Shown here: positions 56,200 to 64,000 of the stretch, one piece after another
Layout: each line of letters opens with the position of its first letter
Numbering within the stretch: position 1 is the stretch's first letter
DNA from: Adineta vaga
Lineage: Eukaryota; Animalia; Rotifera
Assembly: GCA_021613535.1 (NCBI GenBank)
Contig: CP075496.1
Location: 12,276,001-12,340,000, forward strand
Direction of reading: 5' to 3'
DNA length: 64,000 nt
Program-made: the position numbers and the translations under genes
The notes under the pieces: generated by a model
What the model was told of the DNA's origin: nothing
What the model saw: only the letters and a program-made list of their open reading frames with translations
The model's database searches: none

Positions 56200-56945
56200 T
56201 TTTTCTCTTCGTTTTCATGTTTTCTTTTCTCTTTGTACTTCTTTAAATGTGTATATTTAAAAAAAACACATGTTGTGAAGAAAAAACGAAAATGTTAATA
56301 TTTGAATGAAAAAAAAAAGAAATTATCAATGACTGTCATTCAGTAAAATATAATCTTACGATTGTACGAAAAAAATACTTCAATAGACAATGTTTTAGTT
56401 GGGCTTCGTTATACATATCAATATTGTCATTGATCACGATTTTTCAATCATTTTTTGTTATTGTCTTTGATGTTTAAGTCATTCAAGCAAAGATTACTCG
56501 CATTCTTTTTGCTAAACCTTGCCCTCTCTTTTCAGTCATAAATTGCTTTCTCATGCATATGTGGTGATTGTCTCTATTGTGTAGTAATACCTAGTTAAGT
56601 CTTTTCCTTGTAGAGAGAAAAACCCGTATTTGATGCGGTTTGGCGGTCGATGTCTGAGGACGTGATGAGTAAACCACTTGATTTATGTTGATACTTTTTT
56701 TTTCTAACCAATATCTGATCATGATGATAAAAAAATACTGAAATATGTCAGCAAGAAAAAAGAGAAAAAGAAAAGAGATAGAGAAATACCTAATAAATCA
56801 TACGCTTCATTAGCTATCTACGTCATAGAGGTACTTGGGTGAGAAGGTGAAAAAAGAGAGAAAAATGCGAGATAAAAAGAAACAGAGAGAGAGAGAGAGA
56901 AAATTATGTATGTACGTGGGAGAAACCTAGCGTAGTCTCCATGGG

Positions 56946-56953
56946 TATATAAA
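56946..56953 (+). promoter_or_regulatory. TATA box
   Basis: TATATAAA ~70 bp upstream of ATG 57017 of a gene with strong C-ending codon bias. Confidence 0.6.
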
Positions 56954-57016
56954 GCGCGATTTATTCATGATACTTTACTAACTACTCTCCTCTCAACAAC
57001 ACATACACAGACAAAC

Positions 57017-58812
57017 ATGTCCAACTTCGATTATTCATCATATTCGGCTTCATCAAGCTCAACTGGTGCTGCCGGTGGTGTTGATGCTAACGGACTTTTC
57101 TCGCAAGTCGATGCCAACAAAGACGGTGCAATTGACCGTAACGAGTTCTCAAACTGGATTGGTAACTCACTCGGAGCTGGACAAGTAGGTGTTGGAGGAG
57201 CTGGTGCTGGTTATGGAGCATCATCCTACGAAGCATCAAGTTTTTCATCAACTGGTGGTGCTGTCGGCGTAGATGCTGGATTTGGTGCTCTTAATGGCGC
57301 TTCATCATTCGAATCATCAAACTTTTCAGCTAATGGTGGTCTCGATGCTGGTGCTGTTGGTGGCAGTAGCTTCCAATCATCATACGAATCATCATCATCA
57401 ACTGGTGGAGCCGCTGGTTTCGATGCTTCATCTGTCAGCCAAGCTGCCAGCTATACAGCTGAAACCAATGCTGCTTGGTCCAAATATGGTGCTGAAGTAC
57501 GAGGTGCTGGTCTCTACGTAGATGCCAACCCACAAATCATTCGACGACAAGCACCAGGTGGTGTTCAAACCTATACACAAAACATCAAAGTTCGCTTCCT
57601 TCAACCACCACCAATCCCACCACCAGGCGTAAGTTATATTAATAACTAGATCTTATTCATTACCAAAAGTTTCATTTATAGCCACTCATCATCAAAGAAG
57701 TGCGCCCACCTCAACCACCACCACCACCACCCCTTCGCATCAAACAACAAGCTCCAGCTCTCCCTCAACCACCCCCACTCATTCTCCGTGAAAAACCACC
57801 ACAGATCCCAGCATCAGTTGCTTCACAAACAGTCGTTCGCAAACTCGCTGCTTTACCCGTACCACCACGATCAGTCATCATCGAACGTCTCCCAGCTGCT
57901 CCAGCTCGCCCACGTGCGTATTTTATTTTTCTTTATCGGTTCTTTCTATCTAATTAATCTTTCTATCTGATAGGTGATATCATCATCGAACGATGGGTTC
58001 CATACGGAGCTGCTGCTAAACGAAAAACCATTGTTCAACGAGCTGAAGCTGCCAAAGCATACACAGCCCCACGTAACGTCATCATTCAATACGAAGCTGC
58101 TCAAGTCCGTGTTGTCCGTCAATTCCAACGCTTGGGTGTTACTCAAGAAAACCCACAAGCTTACGTTCAACGTTACGGAGCTCAATTACTTGATGCTCAA
58201 ACTCTTGTTCAACAAGCTCGTGCTGCTGGTGTTGTTGAAGACATCGTAAGATTACATCTAATGTATTATGATCATTTTAATCATGTTTTCCGTTCTTAAT
58301 CTATTTAGTCACCACCTGCCGTTGCTGGAGCTGCTGCTGGTTCATCATCATTCAGTGCAGAATCATCCTTCAGCTCAAGTGGTGCTGCTGGAGGTGAACT
58401 CGCTGGTTTCGCTGGTGGTGATTTAGCCGCTGGAGGTGCATCATTCTCATCAAGCAGCTTCGAAAGCTCAACTGGTGGAGCTGGTATGTAGAAAACTGAC
58501 TGTTACATTGTTTCATTATACTTTATTGTTTTCTTAATTTAAGCTGGATTTGGTGCTGCTGGATTTGGTGCTTCTGGATTTGAATCTGGTTCTGCTGGTT
58601 TCGGTGCTGCTGGATTCGAATCTGGTGCTGCCAATGGTGGATATAGCTCATCAAGCTATGAATCATCACAATTCGCATCAAGCACAGGTGGTGCTGTTGG
58701 TGGTGCTGCTGGATTTGATGCTGTTGGTGCAGCTTTCAACAGTGCTGACACAAACAAAGATGGTCGTCTTGATTCTCAAGAATTTAGCAACTTCGTTCAA
58801 GGCGGTTTATAA
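57017..58812 (+). CDS. Gly/Ser/Ala-rich protein with central Pro-rich repeats and terminal EF-hand motifs (rotifer-type putative structural protein), 5 exons
   Basis: DANKDGAIDRNEF near N-terminus, DTNKDGRLDSQEF at C-terminus; core YVDANPQIIRR..YTQNIKVRFLQPPPIPPPGPLIIKEVRPPQ..DIIIERWVPYG..PRNVIIQYE; introns ~57629-57681, 57915-57973, 58246-58308, 58485-58543. Confidence 0.8.
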
Positions 58813-59614
58813 GAACACAATTTAGTTTTTTCCTTCTTTTCTACTACAACATTCTTTTCTGCCCAATTTAAGTTAAGGTTACTCCTTTTTTAACTTAATA
58901 TACACGTTTCTTTTTTGCCGATGTGATACTGTTTCATTTCATTTCGTACATTTCTATAGTTTTATGTTAATCATAAGAAAAGGATTAAAATAAATTAGCT
59001 CATTTTACAATATTATTCTATTAACGATGTCTTTAATTGCTAATAGTTATATAGATATGCATTCAGGCATAAAAACATATAAATATATATCATACACACA
59101 AGGACGATTCTTATTATTTCTCATGATAAATGATATTTTTTACTAAACTTAATCACCTTGAGAACATATTAATACGTTCAAATATATAAATATATATGAC
59201 AGAATGATGATAATCTTTGATTATGGGCCGTATGCTGTACATCTATATATAAATATATATATATATAATAAATAACAATAAATTCGAAAACTTTAAACAC
59301 AAATGTTAAGATGGGGACAAAAAAAGGTGAAGGACACAAAAAAATATTTTGGGCCATCACGACAAAATATGTATGTAGTTACATATGTATGTGTATATAA
59401 TATAATAGGAATAGGCAAAAAGTTTGTTTACTTCAAAAATGACATCAGTAATGAGATAAGAAAAAAAATGAAATGATAAATGTAATCAAAACATATTTGC
59501 TGATATATTGTGACAGATGCTTACTGGGCAAATAGAGTATAGAGATACATTTTTGTAAACAGATACATAACACAATAACATGTTTGCTCGCGGTTTTTTG
59601 TTTTGATGTTTGGA

Positions 59615-60785
59615 TCACATAATATCAATCTGATGTCGAAGCTGTTGAACTTGTCTTTCAAATTTTTCTTCAGTAGTTTTAATTCGACTATCAGTTATAC
59701 GTTGTAATGTTTCAACAGAAGCTTCCAGTGTTTCAAAACAAGCACGCATTTCCTTTTTAACTTTATCTAAACTGGTTACTGTTCGTTGATAACGATCATC
59801 GAAACGTTTGGAAACATCTTGTTCAATAGCCTTATAAAATAAAAATTTAATGAATAGAGAAGATTTTTCTCTTCAAACTATCTTACAGCAATATCACGAT
59901 TTAATTCGAACATAGATCGTTTATAATGGTCTTCAACAGATATATTCTTCCGTTCAAATTGACGTACAGCTTCTTCAATACGTTTCTCATATCGATCCTA
60001 AGTAGAAAAAGTAAATTTTATTTACTTTCATTTAAAAGGATTAATTTTTACATAATTCTCTAAGGATCGTTTAATTTCATCGAGTTTTTGATGCGTACGT
60101 TGCTCAGCACGTTCTTGTTCACTAGCTTTTTGAGTTTTATTTTGAACCATCTGCGTACGAAGTTCATCAACAAATCCACGAGCACGTGAATCAGCTGTTG
60201 ATAAAGCTCGTGCGGTATCAGTTTCAAAGGTACGTAAAACAACCTGTTGTTCATTAAACATACGATCAATACGTTGACTTAATGTTGAAAGCTATAAATA
60301 AAAGAAAGAAAAACAATAATTACATGCCGAATATAAATATTTACACTTCAAAAGTATTTTCATGCTTAAAAAGAAAATTATAATGAATTGTTATGCAAAA
60401 TATTTTTCTTCTCTCTAATGTTATAGAAAAAATGAAATAGTATTTTAGTAATTGATCTTTTTGTTTTTCAAGAACTCACTTCATTTTTCAATTCTTGATA
60501 ACGTTGTGCATTGGATCGATTGAGTTCTTGTTGTCCATTAATAGCATCTCGTAAACCATGTGATATATGTTCGATATCTATTTGTAACTTTTGTACAATT
60601 GCATCTGTTCTTGATAGTTTTATTTGTAAATCCATATTAAATTGTCGAAGTTGATCATCTTGTGATTGTTGATTTGTATCTAATTGAACTAATGATGATT
60701 GTCTTAATGTCATTTGACTCATCAATGATTCGATATCACTATTCAATTTTTTACAAACAGCTGATAACACTTGAATTTGATCCAT
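59615..60785 (-). CDS. FAM81: FAM81-like coiled-coil protein, 4 exons
   Basis: VCKKLNSDIESL...DLQIKLSRTDAIVQKLQIDI and C-terminal KKEMRACFETLEASVETLQRITDSRIK resemble FAM81A/B. Confidence 0.7.
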
Positions 60786-60877
60786 TAGACTCTTTTTTAA
60801 AAAAAGGTTTCTTTCTTTCCTCTCGTTCTAATTAAATCGTTACACTATTAACACTTTCTTTTTTTCATGTCATTTAA

Positions 60878-60890
60878 GTTCCTATGCAAC
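60878..60890 (-). promoter_or_regulatory. Candidate RFX X-box upstream of FAM81-like gene
   Basis: Minus strand GTTGCATAGGAAC ~95 bp before ATG 60785. Confidence 0.35.
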
Positions 60891-61697
60891 AACCTTGTAG
60901 TTAACGTCAAATTTGTCAAGTCATTTTATTGAAGATGGCGCTATAATCGGTATACATTAATCTATATATATATGTATTGTTTTTTACTGCGTTTAAAAAA
61001 TAGAAAGATTATCTCGAAAAAAAAACTACCATTCACGTATATATGTTCAAAAAAAGAAACGAGAAAGAAAAATAAATGACAATAGAGATTTTTCGCAAGA
61101 GAAAAAATAAAAACAAATGAGTTGATACGATAAAAGAATTCACAACAAAAAAAGAAGAAATGAAAAGAAAGATGAAGCAAAATAGTAAAAGATATTTGAT
61201 TTTGTCTATATTTCAATTTGTTTTTCATATGCCATTTATATGGGTCAAATCTTCATAGAATTAATGAAATAATTTTTATCAAAAAATGACACAATATCGA
61301 TAGTCGCAAGAATGATGAAAAAAGGAAGACTAGAATGACAGTTAATTCAAAGAAAATCCCTGTCGATATGAACGAATAATAACATAGATCACTCAAGGCA
61401 CAGAGAAATATTGACCGGTAAAAGCTGTACAAGAAGAAAACAAACATTAAAACAATCAATTATCAAAATAAACATTTTCAAGAAATAAAACACATATCTT
61501 TTCTTTTCTTTTTTTTCCTCTTCAATCATCTATCGATCATCATTCTCGATGGGTTTTTCCTTTCTATTTTTTGCTAAAATAAACCTACATCGAATGTTCA
61601 CAAATCAAATTCATACATGAAGAAGAACAAAAAAGCAACAACAACAATGACGACAAGAAAAATGAAAAAAAAAGAAAATTTCAATTAACAATTATTG

Positions 61698-64000
61698 CTA
61701 TCGAGATGTCTGAGAATCTTGTTGTCGTAATGCTGAATGATACTGTTCGGGTTTTAATTTATGCCACATTTCCACCCATTGTTCGGGTGATTTGACCATT
61801 AATAACCAATGTTTTAATTCATCACCTGATGCTGATTGACCTAATTCAAAACCACCTAAAGAAGAACAAGAAAGAAAGAAAAATTTATTCAAAGACTCTT
61901 TAATAAGAAAAACAACTTGTTTATTCATTTTTTGAACGTAATCAAATGGAAAACTTACCAATGTAATCATCTTTTTTTCCAACATCTTTATCATAAACTG
62001 TTATTTGTAATGTTTTACTAATTAAATCCGGAAATTGTACATGAGAAAAAACAAAATCTTCATTGAATTCAGGTTGTAAGGTATGTTTTCTAACAGTTGT
62101 TTTAAAATTCCATTTGGAATTATTATCAGTTGATGGATATAATAACAATTTACAATACGGATCTGATGTTTGTCCGAAATCCATTGGTAATAATTGAATA
62201 CCACGTATAATTCTCACATGAAAATTACATGTTAATTTGGAATAAAATAGACTAAGAAGAATTTTACCACGTTCATTTTTGTCTTCATCCATGGAAAACT
62301 AGAAATAAGATGGAAGATGATTAATTGAACGAAATTCTCAACAAGTCGATCACATCAACGACAAAAAAAAGAACATGAAAATCAACAAATAAATTTAACG
62401 AAAACAAAAAGCAACTGCAATGTGTAAACAATAAATCGTTGTTAGTTTAGTTGATTTTTTCTTACCTCAGAATCCTAAAATAAGAAGTGTAAGTGTACAT
62501 TGCAATTGTTGGTGGGAATTGTGAAAAAAAAAGAAGAAGAAGAAAAGGTTGTTCTTAACTTCACTTTATATACTCACGTCAGTTTTATGTTGAAGATAAA
62601 TTGAAAAAGCTTCTTTAACATCAGATTTAATCGTACATAATTTTAAACGATATTCACCAAGAAAATCTGAACCAACTGAATCTTCATCAAAAACAGTAAG
62701 TCTTTAAATAGAAAGGACATTCAAATAAAAGAAAAAGCGATCCATGATCAAATCATACTTTAAAGTTTTAACTTTAATATCCTCAGCTGATATACCATGA
62801 TAAACGAGTGTTTCATCAAAATCAGGATTTAATGTTCGACGAATTGTATGACTACGTAGTTTAGTTGCCTAAAACAATCAAACATCTTACAAAATCTATT
62901 TCTAATAAAAAATTTACTTTAGCAACACCCGGTACAAGATGTAATTTTACATAAGGATCTGAAAGTCCATTAGAATCAGCTGCTCGTAGACTTCGGGCTC
63001 GAATTAATGTTATCGTTAAGATATTAAAAGCTTCTCTCCAAATAATATCAAAATCAAGTAAACCTAAGCCTATGATAAGAAAAGAAATTCTTAATGGAAT
63101 TGAAATAATTCAAATTTACCGCAATCATCAGCAACTGATGGTGTATTGATAACAATAGATGATAGAGGACGCATATGGATCGTTGTTGTTGGTTGCGGCA
63201 GTAGTGGTGGTGGTGGTGGTGGTGGTGGTGGTGGCGTTGATGATGTTATATTAGATGTAGTTGATGGAATGGGCGATGAAGATGACGAGGATGTTGATAT
63301 GAGTGGTTGTGGTAATTGAGATTGTGTACGTAATTGAGATTTTGAAATATAATCATCAATAGGAACATCTTGAAGAGAAAAGATTGAAATAAAGATTTTG
63401 TTTTAGATTAAGAAGAATAATTACCTTTCAAACTTCGGTCATCGGTTTTAAATGAATCAATACTTTCATCACGATCTTGTTCAACTATCGAATGTGAATT
63501 ATCATAATTTTGTTGATAAGAATTTACAGTTGTATAATGATTATTTGTTGTTGCTAAAATAAAGAATGAAAATGAGAAATTTCTTCTACGAAAGACAAAA
63601 AAAGAAACTTCTTACCTGTAGTTGGAGACGGTTGACGATTAAATCGACTTCCTGTACTCTGTCGATCATCTGAACTTGAATCATCTTCAATAGATATACT
63701 ATCACTTTTTGTCGTGACTGATGAAATAGCTGATGAGGACGGTTTTACAGTTGAAGGAAGTGTTGAACGTGAGGGTAAGGCACGGAAAAACCAAGCACCT
63801 GATTTTTTCCATAACTAAATCAAATAGGAAATAAATTATATCAAATCATTAGCTTGTTTATTTTCGACAAAAGAAAAACATTACTTCACGATTTTCACTA
63901 CAAAGTTTACATAATGATATGACTTGTTGATTATGAACAGTTTCAATTGAACATTTATTGCACACAGCCTAGGAATGAAATCAAAATTTGAAAATAATCT
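61698..64000 (-). CDS. RPH3A: Rabphilin (Rab-binding Zn domain + tandem C2A/C2B), 5' end outside window
   Basis: [15 protein letters not shown]|[10 protein letters not shown] motif; C2A ([30 protein letters not shown]); C2B ([39 protein letters not shown]). Confidence 0.92.

Overview
Very AT-rich eukaryotic (metazoan) DNA, gene-dense, with many ~45-80 nt introns. Together with intron-containing genes of bacterial/fungal type and a Pro/Gly-rich rotifer-type protein, this points to a bdelloid rotifer (inference). About 23 protein-coding genes or gene fragments were read by hand, in order: LRPPRC-like (3' part), chimeric secreted GH3 beta-glucosidase, Six3/6 homeobox gene in a ~10 kb gene-poor region, DXO/Rai1 decapping nuclease, two orphan genes, a coiled-coil gene with a U12-type AT-AC intron, a half neuronal-calcium-sensor protein, Rab4-like, NME7, three Ig-like type I membrane genes (A, B, C), SNW1/SKIP, a fungal-type pyruvate decarboxylase with 10 introns, a fourth truncated Ig-like gene (D), an ABM-domain gene, a SAM + RAI1/TCF20-type ePHD protein, AAMDC, a leucokinin-type GPCR, an EF-hand/Pro-rich putative structural protein, FAM81-like and rabphilin (3' part). 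A ~340 bp foldback/MITE sits just upstream of Ig-like gene A. The best candidate for an undescribed system is the four-gene Ig-like receptor cluster (two diverging paralog pairs, a Tyr-motif tail in one member and a TM-less paralog). Other highlights: the AT-AC minor intron, a probable non-AUG (ACG) start of Six3/6, and domesticated foreign genes. No tRNA, rRNA or CRISPR was seen. All family assignments come from recognising motifs, not from database searches; exon boundaries are manual.
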